A DNA stretch of 63,001 nucleotides, the filler included, from Porpidia crustulata (taxonomy: Eukaryota): assembly GCA_964255105.1 (NCBI GenBank). It is 6 parts of 6 records of this genome, joined end to end, with 100 filler letters (N's around TTAATTAATTAA, not from the genome) between each part and the next. Parts side by side here need not be neighbours in the genome. Positions count along the whole stretch, not along the records: positions 10,542 to 20,972 come from CAXUWE010000775.1; positions 21,073 to 31,499 come from CAXUWE010000776.1; 4 more parts are not named here. One strand, given 5' to 3'. The notes under the pieces were generated by a model, which ran no database searches, was not told where the DNA came from, and saw only the letters and a program-made list of their open reading frames with translations. Made by a program: the position numbers and the translations under genes. Positions 12,357-24,467 of this stretch are shown here, piece by piece. The number at the start of each line of letters is the position of its first letter. Position 1 is the stretch's first letter.

Positions 12357-13890
12357 CTATGCAGTCACGGCCGGTGTCAATTGTTGCTGATATTGTTGAA
12401 TTGCCTGTTGGACAGCGCTGGCTATCATCGCTTGCACTGCAGAGGAAGGAATCATATCAGCTTGAATTGACTGAGTGGCTCCTGGTTGGGTGACTCCTGC
12501 TTGAGGAGCTGCTTATTGGGTTGCTCCTGCTTGAGAGATGGCCGGTTGGCCCGCTACTGGTTGAGCGACACCTTGCTGAGCGAATCCTGATTGAGTGACA
12601 CCTGGTAGAGGAACAGCCGGCTGGCCTACTGCTGGTTGGACGACTCCTGGTTGAGCGATTCCTGGTTGGCCAGTTGCTCCTACTTGAGGGACAGCTGGCT
12701 GGCTAACTACTGGATGAGCGAATCTTGGCTGAGCGACACTCGGTTGAAAGGCTTCTACTTGAACAGCTCCTGGCTGAGGGAGTGCCAGTTGGCTGAATGA
12801 AGTTTGATTTGCTTTCGCCACCTTAAATTGGTCATTCTTGATTCGCTGCATTGCCTTCATTTCTCCGTTTAAGAGTCCAGCTTCTGTTTGTGACATTATA
12901 AAAACTTGTCGCCCTTCAAATGCAATCATTTTGCGGTATGGCAAATGATTATGAAGATCTCGATCAACCCGTGCCTGGCCAGTTATGCAAATGAGATCAC
13001 TTCGTGACATTAGCGTGTTTTTCAAGTCTCCCAGCCATTCTACCATGACAGAAATTCGGGGATATTGCCCAGCCCCCGATGTTACAGCGTCGTCAACAGA
13101 CATCGCGATCCAACGCATGCTCTTGTACCGCTGTTTGTGCTGGGCAATGAACTCCTTTGTTGGCTTCTCGACGGATAGGATGTTCTCGGGTTTTAAATCG
13201 CCACACAATTGCGCCGACTTCCATACATGCAACCCTGAACTCTCTTCGACGAGGAATTGGAAAGTCTTGAAAACTTGACGCTTAGAGATGATTGGCTCGC
13301 CGTCCAAAGTAACTTTGTTTAAGGCTTCAGTCACATCCCTCATCTCAGTATCACCATCACTTCCAGAGCCAGATCCAGATCCAGAATCAGTGCCAGAGTT
13401 AGTGCCATCACCATTCCCAGCGCCTGCAGCAGTCCCAGGTACATTGCCAGGTTCAGTGCTAGCCCCATTCGCAGCACCTCCGGCAGTTTCAGGACTATTA
13501 CCAGATTGAGCACCGTTCGCAGCATCCCCGGCAGTCCCAGGTCTATTGTCAGATCCAGTGCCAGGACCATTCGCAGCATTTCCGGCAGTCCCAGTACCAT
13601 TGCCGGAACCATTACCTGTACCAGTAGTAGGAGTAGGCTGGGGCTCTTCGGCCTCGGAAAGCCAGGTAGATTCCTTATCTATGTCTGCATATTGCCAAGC
13701 CCAAGTCTGAGGAAAGCCACGGTCCTCGCAAATTCTTGTGTTGCAATACAGAGGGCCTCGAAAATGGCGGCCAGCTCCTTTTTCTGTTCAGGATCGGTCG
13801 TCTCTTTGTATGTCGTCCTTAGTGCCTGCGTATTCTGGTACTTGTCTTGGAGGTACTTGAGAGGGAATTTTCCGCGATCCGGATTATAGC
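12357..13890 (-). pseudogene. Disrupted gene: G/N/T/S-rich linker, globular domain and QPGVA-like pentapeptide repeat tail
   Basis: Frame of ORF 12513-13343 stays open upstream to ~13786; apparent frameshift near 13715; repeats continue past the TAA at 12513 to a TAG at 12357. Confidence 0.55.
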
Positions 13891-14187
13891 CTTTTTCGGT
13901 ATTGTGGGCTTGGATGTCGCTGTTGACCTTTCGACAAAAGCAAGCGCTTTCTGATTGGCAGGATCAATCTGAAGCCGGTGAACAGCTCCTTGGAAGGGTG
14001 CTGTGTCCCAATACGTTTTATGTGATCTTTTGGGTCTTTCTGTTTCCTCTGGTGTGACTATAGAAATATTAGACTTATCCCGGGCGTTGTTTAAAACTAT
14101 GTTACGATTAGTTTGATTGTTTTGATTTGCGGTTTTTGCTTACTTGACTGTGCCGTTGAATGTTGATGCTAGGCGAGAATGCATTGG

Positions 14188-15346
14188 TCAGTCGGTCATC
14201 ATCTGCTGACCAGTTCCAGTTTCCACTGAAGGTTGATAAGGTGGATACTCTTGACGTGAATAAAACCCTTGGTCCAATGTATTCAGACTTGTGCTCATCG
14301 AAGTAGCATTGCTGTACGTCGATCGATTGTTGATTGATGACCTATCATCCTCATCATCTATCTCATCCTCGTCTGTATCCTCGGCATCTTCCTCATTCTT
14401 CTCATTCTCTAGGTTTTCCTCCTCCTCTTCTCCTTCCTCATCCTCATCCTTGACATCAGCCATCTGTTTATCATGGTCGGCATCTGGGACATCGACGACC
14501 TCATGGATGAAGCTCCGCAAGATAAGGTTATAGATCCGATTTGCGACCGTATGAGATTGAGCTTTCCCAGCTACTTCTTCGACCTCAATACATTGTAGAT
14601 GTTGTATCGCGTGACCAATCTCGGCTTCATTAAGTCTTTTCGCCCATCTTAAACAGCGATCAGCTTGCTGAACTGAGCACTGGGGTGGGTGACTCACTGG
14701 CGCATTAACAAGAGCGATGATGGAATGGCAATCAAAGCTTCAAGCTCTCCATTATCCGTTGCAATTGACTTCATTCCTTCACTGAACTTCAAGAACACTC
14801 GGGTCCATTTCGAGATGTCTTCCAGTGGGTCATCAACAAGCGGTGAGTCGAAAAGGACTTGTTCAATCTTTGCCTCCACTTCTGGCTTGAGTTGCAGAGA
14901 TTCGTTCCCGTTCAACAAAAGACGCAAGTTGAATACTCGTTTGCGAAAGAAAGAAATCGAGCCAGTTAAATTACAAAATAATAAGCTTGCTTCTGATTCT
15001 TCACGACCGGCTTACTTGATTTGCAACGCAAGACGGCTCAAGCAGAGAGACCTTAATGTCATAGAATGCTAGCGTAAGCCACGTCGTAGACAGATCTTGA
15101 GAGTTCGTTCCTCATTGTTGCAGCATCTGCTGTTTGTAGGTATTTGCTTATCTTTTGGATGTGATAAACCGGCAGTGAGACGGGTGCATCAGCGGCGTTT
15201 ACTGTACGCGTCGCGGGTCCTGGCCCCGCGGTCTCATTGTTTGGTGAACCCTGCATAAGCCTCGCCCTTATCGTATGCGTCGCAGGGCCTGGCCCCGTGA
15301 CCTGATCGCTCGGTAAACCCTGCATAAGCCACGTCCTCACCCGCAC
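14188..15346 (-). pseudogene. Fragmented hypothetical coding region with acidic tract; possibly the 5' part of the adjacent disrupted gene
   Basis: Three same-strand ORF pieces with a D/E tract and a 69-bp (23-aa) duplication near 15207-15330. Confidence 0.4.
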
Positions 15347-15619
15347 ATAATGCTTCTTCCATTTCGGGCGTTTGCAGAGCTCTCACCCATTTCAGAGTTC
15401 TCTATCCCTTTACTACGTCCTTTCTTCAATCCTTGTGCATAATCCCTTTTCCGCTGAGTCCGATCTGGCAAGAATGGCTTGGATTTGTTATATCCCTTTG
15501 TACCCTGCGCTATCATTAATCGTTCTAGCTCCCTCCCTTATTGTTTCTTTTAACAGCTCCAAACACTTTTGCGTTTTCACCTTGGTATGCTTAATTGCCT
15601 CGACTTTGTTTGACCAAAG

Positions 15620-17600
15620 ACCGGTTACCTCCCGGCAACGGATTTATCGAAAACCAACACACCTCCTTCTACGCCAACGAATCTCGATGCCATCGGCCAG
15701 ATCAGTGAGGGAGCTGAGACCCTTTGCAGCTCAATAAGAACTGGTAGACAGGTAATGTACCTCACGTTCAAGAGGTTGAGACCCCTATACCAATATCCTG
15801 CATAGACGCCCGACTTCAGCGATGGGCCGTGGACTCTTGTTCGCTTTTTGACAGATAAGATCCTGCCAAAGGACTTCGACTTGGATCGAGTCCTTCGGGA
15901 CTCGGGCATTATGATCAATATGGTTCCACACATTGTGGAATATAAGGATCCCCGGGCCTATGAACTCGTTGTTGCTACACCATGTGTCGACCTGCTCTCA
16001 GAGAGATTTCACAATTTCAAAATAGTCGTCGATTACGATCCGTTGAAGCCTGCTGAGGACGACATACGTAGCCACGGGCTCTGGGAGGCCGAGAGAAGAG
16101 CTCGACTCAACACACTCAACAACGCTGCGGAAGCGACCCGTAACGGATGGGGATATGGACCGGCAAAATGTTATCGAAGTGCTCTCGGAAAGGCTGGCCT
16201 CGGGACAGAGATCGAGAGAGCAATCCTGAATTGGGACATTCAAGTGAGCTATCAACACATCTACCTTCCAACGTACCTGCTGATAACACCTAGCATTCCA
16301 ATCCTCGGATCCTTAAGCATTTCACGCAGAACCTCTTGTACTTTGGTCTGAGATGTTGTGACCGATACAACACCCCTTCCGCCCTCGACATCCTCGAGCG
16401 GGACCAGAGCGACTGGCTTGAACCTTTTCGGAACGGTCACACAGACTTATTCAGGCTATCGATGGCGGCAGACTTCCCCGTCGGGATCGGCAAAGGATTG
16501 GAGCAGCAGACGATTTCATTATTCCGGAGCTTTCTTGAATTCTCCGATGGTAAAGTGGATTGTCGACAGCACGATTTCGGAATGGATTATACGACAAGCC
16601 AAAATGCGTACCTCTGCGCTAGTTCTCTGGACATCTCCTGTTCACGTCAATTTGGACGTTTCAACCCAGAAGAAATGCAGGGCGCGCTTTCCAAGTCGAA
16701 ACTTTTCGCGGAACAATCAAAGCTAGGCATATCAAATATAGTCGACTGGGGCCTTCATATGATGGCATATGTGCCTGTCGGTTTTCCTGACAACTACCTG
16801 GTACAGTGCTATCAAGGCTGAGCCTGGCGCACGCTAATAATGGCCTAGAATCTTCCGTCGCAACTGCTGTGCGATTTCGGTGCACGACAAGTCGATCAGA
16901 TTCGTTTCCACTTGTAAATTACCATTCTACGCATAGTGAAGAACCAATGTTGACAGAAGATAGTGAGCACACCTACCGCCGACTTGCATCCCTCCGGAAA
17001 GAGAAGAACAATATACTCGTACTTCTCACTTGGAGCTCCACGTATCATGGTCAGACCCTCGAAGTGCTGAGCAATTGGATAAAATCGGAAGAGAGCTTGA
17101 ATCTATATCAACGGTCAATTAAAGACCTTTGGCTTCAACAAACACCTGAAGAGTTTGCGCTGACCCTAGCTGCTTTGTTGTACCGCGAGCGGCTGTTTCT
17201 ATATACTGTGGACGATACTGCTCAGCCTATTGGGGATTGCTACATGGCAGACTTCGATGCTATCTTGAATGATCAAGATGTCAGCAACAGGCGGACGGTC
17301 TTTGAACAAATGATCTTGTCACTCGTGCGCGTGCTATACACCCTCAACATCAACGAAGAAACAGTTGGATTTCTAGTGAAGGTCCTTGACAAAGAAGCAC
17401 CACTCCTGAGACCGCTAGATGGCGTCTCGGATCAGTATTGCGCCAGGAAGGTCCATGGGTACGAGCACAACAGCGCTTTCGAGGAAGTGAGAGAAGGACT
17501 CTTCAAATCTGTGGAGGCAATGCTGACGAGAGACCGGAATGTTGATGCCGACTGGATGGTGATCCCGAGATTACCTCTGCAGCTGGCCAGCGCATTATAA
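15620..17600 (+). CDS. Multi-exon hypothetical protein (~600 aa); start uncertain
   Basis: GT-AG introns 15752-15805, 16244-16293, 16801-16848 and 16914-16963 join the ORFs in frame; no family recognised. Confidence 0.65.
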
Positions 17601-17715
17601 ATGCCTGGGAGTTTCTCTTGTACGAGTAGATAATTTTCATCATTAGGGGATAAGCAACTACTGCGGAAGGGGTTATCACTTCTCGAAAGGTCCAATGTCG
17701 ACGTCCTTCAAATGG

Positions 17716-18438
17716 CTAGACCAACACCCAACCATCAATCACCTCACATTCGCTTCGGTCATCCACTTGATCCTCATCATCGCTGTCTTCGTCATCATCA
17801 GTCTCGTCATCTGTATAATCCTCGCTCCCATACCCACTCTCGTCGCTTTCCAAAACTTTGTTATCCTCAAATTGCCGAAAGGCGTCCTCTCCGCTATCGG
17901 TATCGGTATCCTCATCGTCTCGTTTTCCAAAATAGATGTTTATGTCTTTGCTGCGTTCGGTTTGTTTCAGCAGTCCTCCAATATGGGACTCCACAATCAT
18001 GTTAAAGACATCTCGATAGACGCGCGGTTTTTCTTTCCCTCCTGCATCCTGTACCACTTCGGACCAGTCAACTTGGTCAAGAATCGATTCCCATGCCTTC
18101 ATCAGTTCCACTGGAGGAATGCCGCCATACTGATTGACAAGAGAATACCCAGAGTCGAGTGACGGAAAATTCGCCAGATGAGGCGGCGTGCTCCGAATCT
18201 CTCCCTCTCCAGCAATCTTTCGTTTCTTTGCCTCTCCTCCCTGCGGAGAATCATCTTGTTCGCTGGACGAGATAGATCGCTCAGACCCCTTGCTCGGCAT
18301 GGGGTAGGGAGTGCGCGGCAGGTCCGCCTCACGGTGTTTACGCACTTGCTGCGGTGGCTTGAGCTTCGGAGGTTGCAGAGATAGCATGCTAGGCTTTCGC
18401 TTTGTGCCTGCAACGCTCGATTGTTCCATTTTGCTCAA
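17716..18438 (-). CDS. Hypothetical protein, 240 aa, basic NLS-like N-terminus and acidic tail
   Basis: ATG-initiated ORF with TKRKP and KKRK, short helical core, D/E tail. Confidence 0.55.
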   Translation of the reverse strand: MSKMEQSSVAGTKRKPSMLSLQPPKLKPPQQVRKHREADLPRTPYPMPSKGSERSISSSEQDDSPQGGEAKKRKIAGEGEIRSTPPHLANFPSLDSGYSLVNQYGGIPPVELMKAWESILDQVDWSEVVQDAGGKEKPRVYRDVFNMIVESHIGGLLKQTERSKDINIYFGKRDDEDTDTDSGEDAFRQFEDNKVLESDESGYGSEDYTDDETDDDEDSDDEDQVDDRSECEVIDGWVLV

Positions 18439-18545
18439 GGCTGAGGGAATGGTTGGAAGGAGGTGGCGTTTTCGCCTTCGATCGAGGTATTATTCTCCAT
18501 TGTTGTCGTCCCACGAATTCTCTTAAGAGTCCCTATCTTCATCCA

Positions 18546-19006
18546 GTTCTGGCTCCCCTCCATTCTGGCTCCTCACTTCCTCACTGGCTCCAGTCTTAGC
18601 TCCCTTCAATTCTGGCTCCTTCGCTCGATGTATACCTTTCAAGAGTACATGCTTTCTAGATGTATATACCTTTCGAAGGTACATGCTTCCTAGATGTATA
18701 TACCTTTTACCGGTATACACTTTCTGGATGTACATACCTTTCAAGGGTACACGCTTCGTGGGACGTATATACCTTTTACCGGTATACACTTTCTGGATGT
18801 ACACACCTTTCAAGGGTACACGCTTCGTGGGACGTATAAAAATTTTAACGTTTATAAGTGAACCAAANNNNNNNNNNTTATTTAAACACTTTTAATGGTA
18901 AAACGCTTGTTGTAGTTATATACCTTTTACCGGTATATACGTCCACGAAGCGTGTATCCTTGAAAAGTATATACATCTAGGAAGCGTGGAGGTATGTACC
19001 TTTCGA
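18546..19006. repeat. 17/34-bp minisatellite with an inverted arm around a 10-N scaffold gap (foldback-like)
   Basis: Six ~34-bp units at 18627-18837; 18934-18988 is an inverted near-copy; CTGGCTCC x4 at 18546-18620. Confidence 0.8.
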
Positions 19007-19086
19007 GTGGATAATGCGGGTATAACTCATCGCCTAGCTGCTTCGTGGCCTCCTAATGCACCGTAGCAACTTGAAGCTGAAAACCT

Positions 19087-20512
19087 TTAGAATCTCAATG
19101 GCTGCCATCGATTTTTACCACGAATTTTTGTACGCTTAATTTCTGGTAGTGAGTTCTTCTCGCTGCTAGCAGAACTGGAAAACACTTCTTCAGCAACAGG
19201 GTGGCCTTTTGGCTTCCCAAACTCTGCCCACAATTTACCCGCCTCAGTCTCAAGGGAATTCTTGGAGCTATAGCTGTTAAGTAGGGGAAAGGGGTTGGCT
19301 TGTGCGCTTCGTTCGGCATTTGGCGAAGTGTCAGGGTCGTCGACGACTGAAAAGCCTGCGATGAGACTGTCAATGTTTGCGGATGACCATAGACCGTCAG
19401 AGACATGCGTCCTCCAGCTCGACATGTGCGGCTCGTTGGCATTTTCAAGAACTGGGAAAGAGCTGAGATCGAGATTATCTGGCTGTTCCTGATCTCCACT
19501 AGATACTCGCACGCTCTGATAGCTGCTGAAGAAGCGTTCAGTGTTGATATAATTCATTAGACTAGGTCTATCGCGTTCCGTTTCACTCATCTCTAAAAGT
19601 GAGGGCAGCATCCAGGTCCGGCCAATTTGTAGAGAATGGGGCTTATGTTTAGAAGTATTGTGGAGAGAGCCACCATCATAGTCGGAGAAGAGCGCTCTGA
19701 CTCGAACATATGGATGATTTGCTCCATATTCACGGGCTGAGATTGGCCTTTCCCCGACAGACAGCGGCCGGCTTTCGAGGCTTTGATTTGCTCCAAATTC
19801 GAGCAACACCCTCGCTGTTTCGAAGATCTCGTCAGGACTAGGATTAAGATAACAGTATGATTCTAAAGGCGAAGGGCCTTGCAGCAGCGCATGATGAAGG
19901 GGCGTCATTGCACTCTCGTCTGTATTATCAACGTCTGTACCCTCATTGAGAAAATACCGCGCACAACCCCAAAGTCCTAGGCGACATGACACATGTAAGG
20001 GAGTCAATCTTCTCGTTGAATCCACCAAGCAATTTTGTAGATTGCTAATACGTCTGGAAATGGTACGAGTAACCTTTTCGTGCCTTGCAATAAGTGCGAA
20101 AAAGAGGGGTGTCAAGCTCTCTTGAACTCTGGCCTCAGGATCGGCTCCGACTCCAAGCAACAGTTTCACCATGGCAAGATGGCCCTTCTTAGCCGCCAAA
20201 TGAAGAGGCGTCAAGCCAGCTCGTGGCCCACTTCCATTGCTTCTGGCCTCCTGTACTTTGACATTAACGTCTGCTCCTAGGTGAAGCATTTTGCGCGCTG
20301 TTGATTCACGACCATGCTCCGCAGCCCAGAATAGAGCACTGCATCTCCGATGTTTTTATGTTATAGCAATACAAGTAGTCGTCGAGAAGATTGTAAAATC
20401 GCCTACTGACGTGGATCAAAGAATAAATGTCTTGCTCCTTGTTCAAGTTTTCAACGACCTCCATTATAATCTCATTGGGAAGACTAAAGAATGTCATTGT
20501 CGACAAAGACAA
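19087..20512 (-). pseudogene. F-box + ankyrin-repeat gene with a single-base frameshift
   Basis: F-box FFSLPNEIIMEVVENL; removing one base from the run at 20353-20357 gives NIKHRRCSALFWAAEHG, fused to the ANK ORF (TPLHLAAKKGH). Confidence 0.75.
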
Positions 20513-20972
20513 TTGGTACTGCTAATTTCACATTGTAAAGCATACGAATAAGAATAGCTCGAGGCACGCAAGTATGGGGATGTTATCAGCGGGGTCATAA
20601 TTTTCTTCGAGTTTCTTTGCATTTCTTCTCAGACCCCGCTCAGCCCTAACTGCTAATCCTGTTACGATCGTACCCAACCTTTACCTAACTTGGGTTCTAA
20701 CTTAGGTTCATCTAACTTAGCTAGCTCTAAGAGCAAGTCACTAGTCTATTGAGGTTAGCCTATGGCATTGTTTCGGCCGCGTCAAAACACATCTCCCTTG
20801 TGTTCCAACATCTTCGTTTCGGAACTAGCGTCGGTTTCCCTGCGGGCTTAAATAGCTGTGACTTCCCTTTCTTTCTTCTGTAGTTTTAAACTCTCGTTAC
20901 AGCTACCTCTATAGATCAAGGGTCACAATAACGATACACCACCCTACCCTACCCGTACACCACCCTTTCAAT

Positions 20973-21072
20973 NNNNNNNNNNNNNNNNNNNNNNNNNNNN
21001 NNNNNNNNNNNNNNNNTTAATTAATTAANNNNNNNNNNNNNNNNNNNNNNNNNNNNNNNNNNNNNNNNNNNN
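20973..21072. other. Artificial contig spacer
   Basis: N44-TTAATTAATTAA-N44. Confidence 0.99.
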
Positions 21073-21141
21073 TTCAATAATAGTAGGATCACAGAAGTTC
21101 AAAGTCGTACAGCGGATATCTCATTTATTTAGGAACTAAAG

Positions 21142-24100
21142 CTATGTAAATTCCCTATGGCAGCAATACTCCTCTACTTCTTCATCGCTTGGCCAGCCAC
21201 CCCACTCCTCAACCCCTTCGATCAGATAGTACACTTCCTCCACCAACTTCATTGGGGCACTCTCTTCCGTATCCACATCTTCCCCTTTGGTCCACCACGC
21301 ACCGCGACCATTAGTGGTCCAATCCCTTTCTAAGAATACCCTCGCAGCAATCACACATTGCCTGGTCTTGTAGGCACCCTGTATGGCCTCGGCAGCGACG
21401 GCCCTGAGCTCAGGCGCGAACCGAGCCATCCATTTAATCAAATCCAATATCCCGGTATAGTCGGCGTTGAGACCGAGGACGCGGATGAAGGTATGCAGTT
21501 GGCTGGGACGGGGAACTTCAAGAAGTCGGGGAAGGCCAGTACCAGGATGAAAGTTATCGTCGTCAAGGACCCCATGAGCAGCCTTTTCGTTATCAATATT
21601 TGTGAGTGCCCCGTGCGCTGTGCTTGAAGCAACAAGAATTTTGAACATCATCTTCACGCGCGGGAGGCCATGGAGCAGGACTTGTTCGGCGTAAAATCGA
21701 ATACGATTGTATTGACCAACATTCTCTATCAAGAATTCTCGATAAGTGGCGTACGATGGACATGATGAAGTGGCCGATTTCTTCGAAGACCGGATGAAGC
21801 GTTTACTTGCCAATGCTGCTTTCCCCAGAGCCGTGCACACAATATGAAATCCTTGAAGATCTAGATCAAGCTCGATAACCCGCATTTGTTCTAAAACATC
21901 GCAGATACTATTCCATGCAAGAATATCTTGCACCGTCTGCACTCCAGGTAAGAAATCACTTTTGATAATCTTTCTAGGCCGACCAATAGCCGACAGCAAT
22001 GAATACCACGGCGGACGATAGTGTGGCTTTCGGCAGGCCATAAGGCAAAGAGCATTCTCAAGTGGACTTGCAGGATTCACTTCAAATGAACGAGTATTAT
22101 CAAGGATGCTTCTCCATCGAATCGTCTCCTGTGTAATTTTGTTATTAACGGATGGCGTTGTTGTCCATCGGCATAGAAATTGAATAAAAGCGCCAAAGAG
22201 ATAGTCTGGAAGCGAGCCGAGCTCAGCTTGGATCGAAGAATCTTGATTTGGAAATTTTGCAGTCAAAGCTTCAATCGTTCGCCGGGGTAGTGAGCTTGTC
22301 TTTAAGTATGTCATACCTGCGTGGAAAGATTTAGCATAGCTGAGGAGAAATGCTAGAAATCTGCCCGACGGATGGATGTTGTCTTTGATCATTCTGTCAA
22401 AGAGTTGTTCTTCAGATGGTGGTGGTATCCGTACATAGACCGACACTCGAGGGTCTTGAGGACTGCGCGCCACCTCCAGTCCGTCTCCAGCAAGAGTGGG
22501 TGGAGTACTGCTGTCGATGGGAGCTTTCGTTGCGCGAAGGTCACGTGTTCGTTGCCTTTTGTCGTCATATATGATCTTTTCAAACATTGCATAGTACTGC
22601 GCCGCTGACGGGGTGCCCTTTTGGTCCACAAACGCTAGAAAGCATAGCCAGCCCTCGTTGAGTGTTCTGGTAGCTTTGATGCGAGCGGTCCAAATGTCTA
22701 CATGTTGCTCAGGTTCAATTCGCATCCGGGTCTCCTTCAAGTCTCGAGAAAGTAGAGGCTTTTTAACAACCGTCCGTACCTGTATCGTTGGACTACGATC
22801 CGTGTCCCAGCCAGCCAGAATTTCTGCGGCTCGTTCCCAATTAAGCGAAGCATACCCTGCTTCTCTCGATCGGCGAATCGATTCACCTGCACGACTGATA
22901 CCATGCTCTGGACCTACAACCACGTCTAGCCTGTTCTTCTCCTCTTTCCATGGTGGCCAAGACTGTGCCTTCAGACTTGCCCAATTACGCTCATCTATCG
23001 TTTTTTTATGGGCGAGCTGAACAAGGGTAATAGCGCGATAGCCTTCTCTATTGACAGCTAGCGCGGGCTTGAATTGATGCATTTTTCTAAGGATGGTGAA
23101 TTGGGCGCGCTGGTGATACGCCATGGATTGAATTGGGTACGTTGAGGACGGCAATGATAAAAGGGACAACATTCTGTTATACAATGCTGTGAGCCGAGTA
23201 TGAGCTGATCCTACGGTCTGTGACAGGGTTTCAGGGCTTCTTCCATCAATAAATTTGGTGAACATGACAGCAATGTTCACACAGGCTGCAGGCCATAGTC
23301 GTCGGCTGTGACGCAAAAGTCGAACTATCATGGTTATTGTAGTAGGTTCGGACATCTGTCGCCAGGCAGCCTTCTTACTGTGATGGTTAGCTTTCGTATG
23401 TGGCTCCCATAGAGTTGGTATCTCTGCGTGGTGTGTTGTTACGTCCTGATTCCAGATCCACGGAGTGCTTAAGCATAGTAAACGATCCCAAGCGTGTGAA
23501 ATCAGCAGTCTCAATGCCTGCACATTCATATCTCTGCGGCGAAGCAGGAACATAAAGACAAATTGCGGGATTGCTTCACCACCTGTCCCTGATGGCGGGC
23601 TGGCTAACATCATAAATCTTGTTGCTGCCCTTTCCGCGGATTCGGCAGTCAGAATCCATGCCCAGGACATGAGGTCTGAGATTTCCCATCCTTGGGTCTC
23701 CAGCAGTCTTAGTGTTCCATCATCGAAGATCTTGAGCAAAGCAGTGTTGAGGTCTTTTTGTTCTAGATTGCATTGGCTAGACGAAATGAGAAGAGGATGT
23801 ATGTCTTGGATATATTGAGCTAGGATGAGCCCCACGTGATTTTTGTAGAAGATTGCTTGATTTTCGCGCGACTCCCCACCCGAGAAACCCCCAAAATCTG
23901 TATTGACTGACAACGGTATAGGACCTCTTCGAAATTTTGTGCCCGCCGACAATGGCGCATAATATGACAAGTCCGATTTAGAGGTGAAATTTCGAGGTTT
24001 CTTGTACCAACGGCCAATTGGTCCAAGCGTAGATATCAGAATGTTGGAAGGACTACGAGAAATCTTAGCTTGGTCATCGAAGCTACCTTCAGCTTCAAAG

Positions 24101-24467
24101 AAAGCTTCAAATTGCAGCTCTGCGTCCGAATAAGCAGAGGGTCCAGTACAAGCGACATCGTTCGAGTGCTGCAAACTAGGACTGCTCGTGACTTGCTCCA
24201 CCTTGGATTGATCCTTGGTTAGACACAATGCGCGATATATCCATCCTCGAAAACGGGATGACGGCACAGTTTGAGATGATCTGCCATTATAATGGTATCG
24301 TACACAGCGCTTTGCCGGACACTATAACGCAAATTAGTATGTGCTGGTGAGCTATTTGCTTGGAGGCTTACATCGAGCCATAACCACGATGTAGTAATGC
24401 AACGTACTAGAAGTATAGACGCCCCTGATGCCTTACCTAGGTGAGAAAATCGTGAGGCTTGTGGCAT
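21142..24467 (-). CDS. Large conserved-looking helical-repeat (PPR-like, probably mitochondrial) protein, ~1090 aa
   Basis: Intron 24322-24371 (GTAAGC...TACTAAT...TAG) joins MPQASRFSH exon to the long ORF; blocks GWDTDRSPTIQ, WTARIKATRT, WGGWPSDEEVEEY. Confidence 0.7.

Noticed and set aside
24219..24467. Apparent frameshift or GTG start of the 1041-aa ORF
   Set aside because: Explained by a canonical 50-nt intron at 24322-24371
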